From the NCBI RefSeq assembly GCF_006345805.1, contig NC_042998.1, forward strand, positions 11,904,001-11,968,000: a stretch of 64,000 nucleotides of DNA. Reading direction: 5' to 3'. Positions 63,601 through 64,000 of this stretch are shown here, piece after piece. The position numbers and the translations under genes were made by a program. The notes beneath the pieces were generated by a model that saw nothing but the letters and a program-made list of their open reading frames with translations, was not told the DNA's origin and ran no database searches. Within the stretch, counting starts at the first letter, position 1; every line of letters begins with the position of its first letter. Source of the stretch: Octopus sinensis (lineage: Eukaryota).

Positions 63601-64000
63601 CTTCCCTCTAGGGTTTCAGATTCCATTGAAACCTCCATATTTGAGTTTTCTGCTTTTTATTTGGTGGATTGGGGTTTCGGTTTTAGTTATTTCATTTTTT
63701 CTTTTACCTTTTTCTCCCCTTCCTTCTTTGTGTTTGTGCTCGTATTCTTTCCTTCCTTTTCTGGTGATAGCACTTGCATTTCTCTGGTTTCCCAATGTGC
63801 AGCGATGATGATGTTTGGCGGATCGCCGTTAGCAATCGTCCATGCTCGCAACAGAAGATTCAATTCTTTACTTTCTTCGATTTCTAAGCCCAGAGGGGGA
63901 GAGAAGTGAGAGGGACAGAGAGAGGGAGAGGAGGATAAAGGAAGAACTCAGGCATCCCTAATTAAAGAAGGATTTACAACCAAAAGCTCTACCATACGTC

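Overview
AT-rich, microsatellite-saturated animal genomic DNA, most likely an octopus (inferred from the tRNA-derived SINE families and simple-repeat load; not verifiable here). Only one credible host coding region is present: a 239-aa single-coding-exon ORF on the minus strand (50261-50980) encoding a disordered, motif-rich protein. The rest is mostly mobile-element debris: more than 25 SINE copies in three families, several degraded CR1/L2-group LINEs, one GC-rich uninterrupted RTE 3' fragment, three Penelope-like elements (PLEs) and two non-autonomous rolling-circle elements. Most ORFs in the supplied track are microsatellite artefacts. The best second-look signals are: (i) minimal type I hammerhead ribozyme motifs tied to PLE ends; (ii) recurrent foldback structures anchored in (TA)n tracts, one carrying a templated copy of neighbouring DNA at its tip; (iii) a TSD-bounded SINE chimera carrying a segment also found 34 kb away; (iv) a covarying 3' hairpin shared by a SINE and a LINE. 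None of these is proven novel. Repeat boundaries are read by eye and approximate unless tied to a stated motif.
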